Assembly (NCBI GenBank): GCA_044347345.1
Contig: JBIKUX010000001.1
Location: forward strand, 17,719 to 81,718
Reading direction: 5' to 3'
From: Bdellovibrionota bacterium
GTDB taxonomy: Bacteria; Bdellovibrionota_C; UBA2361; JBIKUX01
Length of the DNA stretch: 64,000 nt
Part shown: piece after piece, positions 40,531 through 49,651 of the stretch
Layout of the letters: the number at the start of each line of letters is the position of its first letter
How positions within the stretch are numbered: position 1 is the stretch's first letter
Notes under the pieces: model-generated
The model's database searches: none
The model's input: only the letters and a program-made list of their open reading frames with translations
What the model was told of the DNA's origin: nothing
Program-made: the position numbers and the translations under genes

Positions 40531-42699
40531 ATGATACCAAACAATCTCTCTGACCAAGCTATCCAAAACACCCAAGAACCTGAAATTACCTATGATTCAG
40601 ATATACCAGAAGATGCTAAAAATTTGATTAAACAAGAAGAGCACACGCTAAAACAAACTCTCCAAACTCTTCTTTCGTTACTTGACCGACATCTTCACCG
40701 ACGCAACCTAGAAGAATCTAGAGCGCGAGAGCTTACAGCCTCACTAGTAACTGCGAGGCGAGACGAAGATAAACAGCTAATCGCATCCGATGAAGCTGTC
40801 TCACATGCTCTTAAAGAGAAAGCTCGGGATGATATTAAAACTACCAACGCTCTACTCAACAGACCATATTTTGCTCGAGTTATATTGGAAGAAGAGGAGG
40901 AAAACGGTACTACAAAGACTATTGAATTTAAACTAGGTATCCATTCAAATACCGATGCTCGTATTATTGATTGGCGCCGTGGTCCACTCGCACGTTTGTA
41001 TTATAATTACCGTGAAGGCGAGGAATACGGCGAATTTATTCAAGGCCGAGAGAGAACTGGAAAAATAAAATTAAGAAATCAACTTGATATACAAAACGGC
41101 GATTTAAAGGGGATTATTTGTCGCTATGGCCGATTAACAAAAACCGGCCATAGCTGGAAACAAGCGATCACTCAGAGAATATCAAGGCGATACGATCAAT
41201 TACCTGATATTCTATCTTTAATTTCACCAGAGCAATTTGATTCAATTACAACTGAAGCTAATACAGCAGTGCTTGTTCAAGGAATTGCTGGTTCAGGTAA
41301 AACGAGTGTAGCACTTCATCGCCTTTCATGGCTTCTTCATGAGGGAAACTCACCACTTCAACCAGCTGATTGCGCAATAGTGGTGGTAAGTAGAGCGTTA
41401 AAGGAATACATTAAAAATTCCCTTCATCACCTTCAAATCTCTGGTGTTCACACTTTTACTCTCATTGAGTGGTGTAATGAGTGCCTACCGTGTCGACCAC
41501 TGAGAAGTGACTCTCCATTGGTTTACGCGAGAGACAAGCTTCCAAGAACTTTAGCTAGATTAAAAGCTTCAGACGCTTTACTCGCCTCAATAGAATTAAT
41601 TTTTAAGACCAAAAATCAATCTATACTAACTAATGGATTTAGTAGCGACTCGTTAGATGCGTTTGAACAATACATAAATATCTGCAAGTTAGTTCTTGAA
41701 TGTCCAGGCGAACTTACTGCCAATGACTCTACTAAACTGATAGATGAAGAAAGCATAAATCATCTTAAAGAATATCTCTCTCATCAGCTTACTCAGGGAG
41801 ATATCGACAGATATGACTTAGCTCTCATGGTTAGAATACAACAGCTCACCGCTGGTAGCATTCGAATTCCTCCGCAAGATAGTGCCCTAGGCTCCTCTTC
41901 CGCTCATGTTTCAGAAAACAAGTCTCGATTCGGTAAATATGGTCACTTAATTGCAGATGAAGTGCAAGATTTGAGTGCAGTTGAACTTGCAGCACTCGCC
42001 GGAGCTGTACCATCAGTAAGAGATTTAACTCTTGTAGGAGATACAGCCCAAGCTATCACCACTTCTCATTCATTTCCTGGATGGACAAATCTTATGTCCC
42101 GATGGAATTTAACCGATGAAAGTTCTAGATTTATACTTCTAACAATCTCACATCGCTCAACAGCGCCAATCATGAGATTAGCTCAGTATGTTTCAACTGG
42201 TTCCATACATCTAGCGCAACAAATCAAAGGTAGAGAAGGACGTGTTCCTATTTTTTTCCAATCTCGTGAGGAATCTCGGGCTATACACGCAGCTATTGCG
42301 TGGCTTAAAAAAGCCCTGGAGCGTTATCCCACCGCTATTACCGCTGTTTTATGTCGTAACATCAGCGAAGCCAAACAAACCTTCTCTCTTTTAAGACCAA
42401 CGTTTGGCGATACAGTCAGATTAGGTAACGATGATGACTGTTCTCTGGAGGAGGGTCTTTTAGTCGCACCAGTTGGAGATGTAAAAGGCCTTGAGTTTAC
42501 CAATGTCCTTGTATGGAATCCAACTCAGTCCAGTTACTCTACAACAGATGAAGAGAGAAATCTGTTGTACGTTGCGCTCACTCGTGCAGAAGAAAATCTT
42601 GCATTAGTTTCGTGGCGTCGCCCCGCAAAACATCTTCCCCAGTTGGATAGCCCTTTTGTGCGTGGCATCAGTCTTGATGCAGATGAGGAGGAAGTATAA
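40531..42699 (+). CDS. HelD-like superfamily-1 ATPase/helicase
   Basis: RPYFARV, IIDWR...LARLYY, EQFDSI, QGIAGSGKTSVALHR, DEVQD, VGDTAQ, HRST, KGLEF, LYVALTRA. Confidence 0.8.
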   Translation: MIPNNLSDQAIQNTQEPEITYDSDIPEDAKNLIKQEEHTLKQTLQTLLSLLDRHLHRRNLEESRARELTASLVTARRDEDKQLIASDEAVSHALKEKARDDIKTTNALLNRPYFARVILEEEEENGTTKTIEFKLGIHSNTDARIIDWRRGPLARLYYNYREGEEYGEFIQGRERTGKIKLRNQLDIQNGDLKGIICRYGRLTKTGHSWKQAITQRISRRYDQLPDILSLISPEQFDSITTEANTAVLVQGIAGSGKTSVALHRLSWLLHEGNSPLQPADCAIVVVSRALKEYIKNSLHHLQISGVHTFTLIEWCNECLPCRPLRSDSPLVYARDKLPRTLARLKASDALLASIELIFKTKNQSILTNGFSSDSLDAFEQYINICKLVLECPGELTANDSTKLIDEESINHLKEYLSHQLTQGDIDRYDLALMVRIQQLTAGSIRIPPQDSALGSSSAHVSENKSRFGKYGHLIADEVQDLSAVELAALAGAVPSVRDLTLVGDTAQAITTSHSFPGWTNLMSRWNLTDESSRFILLTISHRSTAPIMRLAQYVSTGSIHLAQQIKGREGRVPIFFQSREESRAIHAAIAWLKKALERYPTAITAVLCRNISEAKQTFSLLRPTFGDTVRLGNDDDCSLEEGLLVAPVGDVKGLEFTNVLVWNPTQSSYSTTDEERNLLYVALTRAEENLALVSWRRPAKHLPQLDSPFVRGISLDADEEEV

Positions 42700-42751
42700 G
42701 TCTTGGTAGAATTTTAAAAGTTTCAAACGTCAACTGAGTAAACGGCTTTTT

Positions 42752-43072
42752 ATGTTTAAACATAAACGCAAACCAAAAAATCTTGATATTGATGTCTCTG
42801 TATTAAGTACACTTTTAAGTGTTCCAGAGCTTAATCAAAACTGTGATCAAGCTAATAGCCTCCAGTATAACAATCATGAGTCTCACAATCACAGCGAAAC
42901 AGCTAAACGGCAAAGTGTTAAATTTTTATCAGTAGAAGAACTAAAGATTAAATTTCCAAAACTCAATCTTCCTAAAGATACCGAAGGTGGTTGGATTACA
43001 GAAAGTGGTGATAGAATTTTTTTGGTAGTTGGAGGTATACACCACCTTACTACTCCGGTCTTAACCAATTAA
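42752..43072 (+). CDS. Small hypothetical protein
   Basis: 106-aa ATG ORF ending 26 bp before the phytochrome gene; no family recognised. Confidence 0.5.
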   Translation: MFKHKRKPKNLDIDVSVLSTLLSVPELNQNCDQANSLQYNNHESHNHSETAKRQSVKFLSVEELKIKFPKLNLPKDTEGGWITESGDRIFLVVGGIHHLTTPVLTN

Positions 43073-43098
43073 TAGCCAATTAAAATTAAGTTCCCTCG

Positions 43099-45966
43099 AT
43101 GAAAGAAGATAAAAACCTAGAGGGACTACTTAGCAGATGTGACCAAGAACCTATTCATATACCAGGCTCAATTCAACCTCACGGCATTCTATTAGGTATA
43201 AATAGTGCAGACTATCAAATATGCGTGGTAAGCGAAAATATCTCTATCTGGTTAAATCTCTCTCCAAAAAAGATCATCGGTTCATCGCTAGACACAATTT
43301 TTGAAACCTGTGTAAAAGATGATATTGATGCCCTAAAATCTACGTTATCAGAAAAGCCAGATACTCTTTTACCGCTAAAGATTCATTTTAAACCGTCAGT
43401 ATTAAAAATTTTATCGAATGATAAATCAGCTATTGCTGACTCAAATTCAATAAATATCGGATTTGTTCATCAAGTAGGATCTTTATTTTTGCTAGAGATT
43501 GAACAAGTAGCACAACCTTCGTTGAAAGAGAAATTAGACCCTCACATTGAGTTAAGAAGTTCAATTTCTCAAATGTATCAATCTAATTCTATATTAGAAG
43601 CTTGCGATATAGCAGCAAATGAAATTCGTCGTATTACGGGATATGACCGAGTAATGATCTATAGATTTGATGAGGATTGGAATGGCCAAGTAATTGCAGA
43701 GGCAAGAGAATCAACTCAAGATTCATTACTTCATCTCCACTATCCTGCGAGTGATATACCTACTCAAGCTCGTACACTCTACATTAAAAATAAACTGAGA
43801 ATCATAAGAAATAGAGACTACATACCCAGTAAATTACATTATCACCAAAATTTTAATGATCCCGTTGCTTTTCAAAGTAATCAATACTTATCAACAAGAG
43901 AATTAGATTTATCTCTAGCATCCCTAAGAAGTGCTTCTCCGATACACTTACAATACTTAAAGAATATGGGGGTAACTGCTACCTTAACCATGTCCTTAGT
44001 AGATGGAGACTCACTTTGGGGACTGATAGCTTGCCATCATTCAAGCCCGAAACATATTTCATACGAACAACGAATATTTTGCGAATCAATTTCTCTGCTG
44101 TTCTCTTGGCTACTAAACGCAAAGGCTCGTCAAACTGATGAAGAACAACGGTTATATTCTCGAGCTATTCTTAATACATTGAAAGATTCGGTAACTAAAG
44201 TCTGTATTTCAGCAAATACGGACTCTCTCTTTAGCGCACTAAATAATTTTGACTCAGTAAATAAAAAAGAACCAGATATACTAAGATTTGTCGATGCATC
44301 TGGGGCGATAATATCCTTACATGATAAACTATATTTTTACGGAAAGTGCCCATCTTTCAATGATTCTAAAAAACTCATTGGTTGGCTTACAACGCTAAAT
44401 CTCAATAAACCATTCGTTACACATTGCTTAAAAAATTATTATTCTGAAGCTCAATCTATTACCCATTGCGCTAGTGGTCTAATGGTTTTACCCCTCCTTC
44501 AAAATGCTCGCGATTTCATAGTTTGGCTGAGGCCCGAATTAATTGAAACTGTTAAATGGGCTGGAAAGAACAGCACTACGACAAACACAAACAATCTGAA
44601 GGAATTAGAATTATCTCCTCGCAGATCGTTTGCTACTTGGATAGAGCAAAAATTGGGAGAATCCGCACACTGGCTTTATTGGCAAACTGACCACGCTGAA
44701 CGCCTAGTGTTATTACTAACTAAAATTATAATCGATAATATGGCGCGCTTAGAAGATTTACGCGCTGTTAACAAAGCAAAAGATGAGTTTATTGCTGTTA
44801 TATCTCATGAACTGCGAACTCCAATCCATGCTATCCTTGGATGGATTGAACTTATTCGAGACAAAAAATTCGATAGCTTGGACTTACCCTTTATCCTTGA
44901 ATGTTTGAAACAGAGCGTATTGTCTCAAGCTAAAATTATAGATGACCTTCTCGATATAGGCAGAGTTTCGCGAGGATCCATGCATATCGAGCCCTTACGA
45001 ACTTCTTTAACAGAGGTCGTTAATCGGGCAATTAACTCATTTCAGTCAATAATCACTGATAGGCAAATTAAAATTATTGTATCTAGTAACAACAATCTTC
45101 CCTCTGTTTTTGTAGATCCTGAGAGAATACAACAGGTATTTGCGAATATATTGAATAATGCAATAAAATTTTCCCCTCAGGGTGGACAAATAAATATCTC
45201 ACTTCAGGGTAACAACAAGTCTATACTTTGCCTAATTAGAGATGAAGGATGTGGCATTGAATCTAATTTATTAGAATTTATATCAAGTGGTTCCAAATTA
45301 GAGAATCTAGCCTTTAATGAGTCTATCCCAAATGCTAAACAAAGCGGTATAGAGAAAAATAATTTAGGGAAAAAAGGTCTCGGGCTAGGATTATCAATAT
45401 CGAAGCACATAATTGAACTTCACAATGGTCAAATTAGTATCGCCAACAATACAGAATCTAAGGGAACAACAGTTAATATAGAAATTCCCATAAATCATCA
45501 AATAAATAACTTCTTGCCGTCAGATTATCAAAAGGAGTTTGATTCAAATAATATCCAAGTGTCGCAGAAAATTTGCGATGTAAATAATAATAAAAAACAT
45601 ATCCTTTTGTTGGAGAGGGATTCCGAATATGTACAATTTTTTTCTAATCATCTAAACGATAAAACAATCGAGATTACTCATACAAACCGCGGAGATACTG
45701 GTCTTGAGCTCGCATTATCGCGCTTTTACGACTTAATAATATCGGATATCACTTTACCATATATGAATGGAGTTGAATTTATTACTCGACTCAATACGCA
45801 CTATCATCTGCGTGGCCTTAAAATTCCGAGCAGTATCGCAGTATCATCCTCTTATCGCAAAGAAGATATAAGTCAAGCACTTGCCGCTGGATTTACAGTG
45901 CATCTTACAAAACCTATCACAGTTTCAGCTTTAATGGAGGCAGTAACCACGCTTCTTTTTGCGTAA
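43099..45966 (+). CDS. bphP: Bacteriophytochrome hybrid histidine kinase (PAS-GAF-PHY-HisKA-HATPase-REC)
   Basis: N-terminal bilin-attachment Cys in CDQEPIHIPGSIQPHG; DRVMIYRF, YPASDIP, PIHLQYLKNMGV, LWGLIACHH; PHY PRRSF; SHELRTP; NILNNAIKF, DEGCGI, GLGLGL; receiver IISD and TKP. Confidence 0.95.
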   Translation: MKEDKNLEGLLSRCDQEPIHIPGSIQPHGILLGINSADYQICVVSENISIWLNLSPKKIIGSSLDTIFETCVKDDIDALKSTLSEKPDTLLPLKIHFKPSVLKILSNDKSAIADSNSINIGFVHQVGSLFLLEIEQVAQPSLKEKLDPHIELRSSISQMYQSNSILEACDIAANEIRRITGYDRVMIYRFDEDWNGQVIAEARESTQDSLLHLHYPASDIPTQARTLYIKNKLRIIRNRDYIPSKLHYHQNFNDPVAFQSNQYLSTRELDLSLASLRSASPIHLQYLKNMGVTATLTMSLVDGDSLWGLIACHHSSPKHISYEQRIFCESISLLFSWLLNAKARQTDEEQRLYSRAILNTLKDSVTKVCISANTDSLFSALNNFDSVNKKEPDILRFVDASGAIISLHDKLYFYGKCPSFNDSKKLIGWLTTLNLNKPFVTHCLKNYYSEAQSITHCASGLMVLPLLQNARDFIVWLRPELIETVKWAGKNSTTTNTNNLKELELSPRRSFATWIEQKLGESAHWLYWQTDHAERLVLLLTKIIIDNMARLEDLRAVNKAKDEFIAVISHELRTPIHAILGWIELIRDKKFDSLDLPFILECLKQSVLSQAKIIDDLLDIGRVSRGSMHIEPLRTSLTEVVNRAINSFQSIITDRQIKIIVSSNNNLPSVFVDPERIQQVFANILNNAIKFSPQGGQINISLQGNNKSILCLIRDEGCGIESNLLEFISSGSKLENLAFNESIPNAKQSGIEKNNLGKKGLGLGLSISKHIIELHNGQISIANNTESKGTTVNIEIPINHQINNFLPSDYQKEFDSNNIQVSQKICDVNNNKKHILLLERDSEYVQFFSNHLNDKTIEITHTNRGDTGLELALSRFYDLIISDITLPYMNGVEFITRLNTHYHLRGLKIPSSIAVSSSYRKEDISQALAAGFTVHLTKPITVSALMEAVTTLLFA

Positions 45967-45993
45967 TTTAATCAAAAAACTTCATCTTAGATT

Positions 45994-46021
45994 TAAGAAA
46001 TATTCTTAAAAAACCGACTTT
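45994..46021 (+). promoter_or_regulatory. Possible sigma-28 (FliA)-like promoter upstream of the cheA-like gene
   Basis: TAAG-N16-ACCGACTT resembles TAAA-N15-GCCGATAA; imperfect match. Confidence 0.25.
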
Positions 46022-46051
46022 ACACCGGAAGATAAAACGATCGTGCATATA

Positions 46052-48121
46052 ATGATGGATGAGGAAGATTTTCGAGAATTTCTCATTGAAAGCTACGAAT
46101 CTGTAGAGTTTATAAGTAAAAAACTCTCCGAACTTGAAAAAACAAATTACGTTTGTGACGTTATTGATGAAATTTATCGTCGTGTTCATAAGATTCATGG
46201 TATTAGTGGCTTTCTGGAATTTAAAACTCTCGAAAATATTTCAAAACAAGCTCAATTTTTACTGGTAGAATTAAGAAAGGATCCAAGTAAGACCTCAAAA
46301 AACGAAAAACAAGTTCTGGTTACTTTTAACGATACCGTAAAATTAATCCTCACAAACATTCAAACACAAAAAAATGAGGGACGATTAAACATAGAGCAAC
46401 TTAATAAGGATTTTACCAGCACTATTGCTGAATTAAGAGCGAAAAATAGTGCTAGTTCTCAAGAAGCACAAAAACAAGATAACGTAAGTGATCCGGAAGA
46501 TTGGGATAAATTATCCCATAATATCTCCAGTAACACCGACAAGAATCAAATATTAATAGATGTCACAATTCTAGATAATTTGCTCGACCTCGTTAACGAA
46601 CGCTTAGTGACACTACAAATACAATCGGACAATAGACACGAAAAGTATCCGGCAAACTGCCCAGATTTAAAAAACGACTTTGAATTTTTGACCACAATAA
46701 TAAAACTTATAAAAAACGTAAGATTACAGTCACTAAAAAGTATGCGAGAGGAGCTTTTTCCTTTTGTTAACGACATGTTAGCTAAGTACAATAGAAAAGT
46801 ACGAATTATAGTTCAAGATGACGATATCGAAATTGATAAACTAGTCGTAACGACGATTAAAGAGGCAGTATATAAAATCATTTTTTACTTTTTAAAATTA
46901 CCACAACCTAAGATAAACACCCAAACTAACGACACTCAGGGATTGAGCCTCGACACTAAAGAAAATAAGCAATCCGACATTATCGTTAAATTATCCTACG
47001 ATATGGGCAGAATTAGCCTCGAAATACTTGAAGGTTCTGCTAAAGAAGAATCATGTTTAAATCCAGTTCAAATAATTACCACTAATGAAGTGAGAACTAC
47101 TCTAGAAACTCTCAACTTAAAAATAAAAAGCCTAGGTGGAAAGCTTGATCAGTTTGGAGTGTCCGGAAAATTAACGTCAGTCCGTGTAACACTACCTAGT
47201 GCTATAATGGCCGTACCGATGCTCATGGTGGAAAGTCATGGAGAACGCTTTCTGCTTCCAAGAGGAAATATTGTAAAATTGTTAAAGATCGATAATCTGC
47301 AAATAAGAGAGCAGATCGAAGAAATAGATGGAATCTATTTTTATAAAAACTATCATACACCACTTCCAGTTATACCCTTATCACAAGCTCTTAATATCGA
47401 AACAAACCCAAACTTAAACCTCAAAGATAATATAAATCTGATAACTGTACGGGTACACTCTGAGGAATTTGGAATTATAGTCGATAATATTTATCAAATT
47501 GAAAGCTCCCTCATAAAACCACTAAATAAGTTACTTGAAAATCATCAATTATTTTCAGCTGTGTCTATTTTATCTGATGGAAGTATCGCTTTTGTATTAG
47601 ATTGTTCGAAAATTGGTGATAAATTTTCTTTAATTCGAGACAACCGCATCCCTTCAGTTATTGAATCTTTTGAAACTGTGACTACTAAATCATCTAATCA
47701 CCAAGATCGCTTAATTGTGGTAAAAATCGATCAAACCTTTCAGGTTGCAATCCCAATTAATAAAGTAAATAAACTTGAAAAAATCTCCTCTGATAATTTA
47801 ATCAGACAGAACCAAGAGCTTTTTATCAAACTTAAAAGTCAAGAAGTGATCCCGCTTATTATTTACGGAGCTCATGAACATACAAAACAGAATCTTTTTG
47901 AGCTAAATGATTTTATATCTACTGTCATAATAACAGATGGCGAGAAAACTTTAGCGCTCCTAATAGAGAGCATCATTGGGATAACAGAGCAATCAGGCGA
48001 TGATATCAATACCAATCTTAGCCTTTTATTTAATGACAAAAGTGAGGGTTTCATAACTAGTCAAATATCAAAAATTGTAAATGTTGATGACCTAAAAATA
48101 CTTGAATCAATGTATCACTAA
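46052..48121 (+). CDS. cheA: CheA-like protein (Hpt-dimerisation-degenerate HATPase-CheW-CheW), predicted kinase-inactive
   Basis: Hpt FREFLIES...IYRRVHKIHGISGFL; dimerisation IDVTILDNLLDLV; IEIDK; SLGGKL...VTLP; two CheW-like domains; N, G1 and G2 boxes not recognisable. Confidence 0.8.
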   Translation: MMDEEDFREFLIESYESVEFISKKLSELEKTNYVCDVIDEIYRRVHKIHGISGFLEFKTLENISKQAQFLLVELRKDPSKTSKNEKQVLVTFNDTVKLILTNIQTQKNEGRLNIEQLNKDFTSTIAELRAKNSASSQEAQKQDNVSDPEDWDKLSHNISSNTDKNQILIDVTILDNLLDLVNERLVTLQIQSDNRHEKYPANCPDLKNDFEFLTTIIKLIKNVRLQSLKSMREELFPFVNDMLAKYNRKVRIIVQDDDIEIDKLVVTTIKEAVYKIIFYFLKLPQPKINTQTNDTQGLSLDTKENKQSDIIVKLSYDMGRISLEILEGSAKEESCLNPVQIITTNEVRTTLETLNLKIKSLGGKLDQFGVSGKLTSVRVTLPSAIMAVPMLMVESHGERFLLPRGNIVKLLKIDNLQIREQIEEIDGIYFYKNYHTPLPVIPLSQALNIETNPNLNLKDNINLITVRVHSEEFGIIVDNIYQIESSLIKPLNKLLENHQLFSAVSILSDGSIAFVLDCSKIGDKFSLIRDNRIPSVIESFETVTTKSSNHQDRLIVVKIDQTFQVAIPINKVNKLEKISSDNLIRQNQELFIKLKSQEVIPLIIYGAHEHTKQNLFELNDFISTVIITDGEKTLALLIESIIGITEQSGDDINTNLSLLFNDKSEGFITSQISKIVNVDDLKILESMYH

Positions 48122-48137
48122 ATACACCATACTATTT

Positions 48138-48623
48138 ATGAATAACTATTCTGAATTAACTCCAGAAATTAACTATGAATACTTGGCTAATTTCCGATTA
48201 GGTAACTTACTTTTTGGTATTAATGTAGCATCTGCTTTGGAAGTCTTAGAATACCAAGAGCCTAAACCATTTTTTTACCGGTCTAAAGAGGAAAAAGAAT
48301 TTATAATTGGAATCATAAAATATCGGAGTATGATTATTCCTGTTGTTAGCCTTCATGCAACACTAGGTTTGCCAGAAATTGATAATTTGAATAAGGCATT
48401 TTTCTATGTAGTGAGCACTCCTGAGTGTAAATTTAGTTTACTAGTAAATGAAGTTGGAGATGTCATAAAAGTGGATAGAAATCATTTTGAAGATGTACCA
48501 GCAACTATTAGTAATCGCATCAAAGCTATTCTTAAAGGTGTTTATAGAATTAAAAACTCTCTTATATTAGTAACAAGCCCAAAAGATATTTTGTCTGTTT
48601 TTAAACAACATCTGCCGAATTAA
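48138..48623 (+). CDS. cheW: Chemotaxis coupling protein CheW
   Basis: FRLGNLLFGINV...EVL, GIIKYRSMIIPVVSL, LLVNEVGDVI, FEDVPAT, KGVYR. Confidence 0.85.
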   Translation: MNNYSELTPEINYEYLANFRLGNLLFGINVASALEVLEYQEPKPFFYRSKEEKEFIIGIIKYRSMIIPVVSLHATLGLPEIDNLNKAFFYVVSTPECKFSLLVNEVGDVIKVDRNHFEDVPATISNRIKAILKGVYRIKNSLILVTSPKDILSVFKQHLPN

Positions 48624-48669
48624 AAATTTATAACAACTAGACTATCAAAGATTTTTATCGTGGTTCCAG

Positions 48670-49533
48670 ATGAGAAACCCAAAACTTTTTCTTGGTATTC
48701 AACCTATTTGCAGCATAGTTTCTGATATACTCAGCTATATACCTCATAAAACTGTAACTGACGTAACCGATGCAGATTATATTGTTTTTCCTCAACACAT
48801 CCCCTCAGGAGCGGTATCAGAAGACATGGCGCTCACACTTGTGTCCTATAAATACTATGCTGAAGATTTTAATAAAACCCTAATCATTTTTGTAATGTCT
48901 GATTTTACTGATCCGTTTAAAGGCTTTGATAATTCTATTATCTACAGAACATCTCTTTATAGGTCTGAATGCCTTAAGCATGAGCGCATATTACCATATC
49001 TTTGGATAAACAATTGCTTTTATAAAATTAAACCAATAATAAATAATCGTCCTCGAATAAATTTCTGTGGAGCAATTACCTATCCCCAACGAATATTTGA
49101 ATTGGAGGCTATTTTAACATCTTGCGATAAGTGGCTGGATTGTGACTTTACCATCAGAGATAAACCCTGGGGAGAAGGAGTAAGTAATGCTCATCAGGAA
49201 TTTTTTAATGGATTGAGTAATGCTCAATTTATCTGTTGTCCACGCGGTGTAGGAAACTTTTCAATTCGATTTTATGAGACACTTTGTGCCGGCAGAATTC
49301 CAGTTTTTGTTAACACAGATATGATTCTACCCTTTGAAGGCGAAATAAATTGGAATGACGTAGCTGTGATTGCACCAAACATAGATGAACTACCTAACTG
49401 CTTAATTAATTTTATCAAGCGAAAAAATCTGGTTGAATCTCAAATATTGTGTCGAGATATTTATGATAAGTACCTCTCACCCGCTAAGTTTGGTGAATAC
49501 TTACATCGTTGTATGTCTTCGGGAAAATTTTAA
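48670..49533 (+). CDS. Exostosin-like (GT47) glycosyltransferase-domain protein
   Basis: INFCG and FICCPRGVGNFSIRFYETLCAGRIPVF...LPFEGEINW match the exostosin core pattern. Confidence 0.78.
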   Translation: MRNPKLFLGIQPICSIVSDILSYIPHKTVTDVTDADYIVFPQHIPSGAVSEDMALTLVSYKYYAEDFNKTLIIFVMSDFTDPFKGFDNSIIYRTSLYRSECLKHERILPYLWINNCFYKIKPIINNRPRINFCGAITYPQRIFELEAILTSCDKWLDCDFTIRDKPWGEGVSNAHQEFFNGLSNAQFICCPRGVGNFSIRFYETLCAGRIPVFVNTDMILPFEGEINWNDVAVIAPNIDELPNCLINFIKRKNLVESQILCRDIYDKYLSPAKFGEYLHRCMSSGKF

Positions 49534-49651
49534 AGCTGTTATGTAAATCTTTGACTAGTCTTTTATTTGCACCAAAGGATCAGATTTTTTATCCTCCCCA
49601 TCATTTGAAGAATTGTCGTAGATTTTTACAACTTAAATATAAGCTGTAAAT

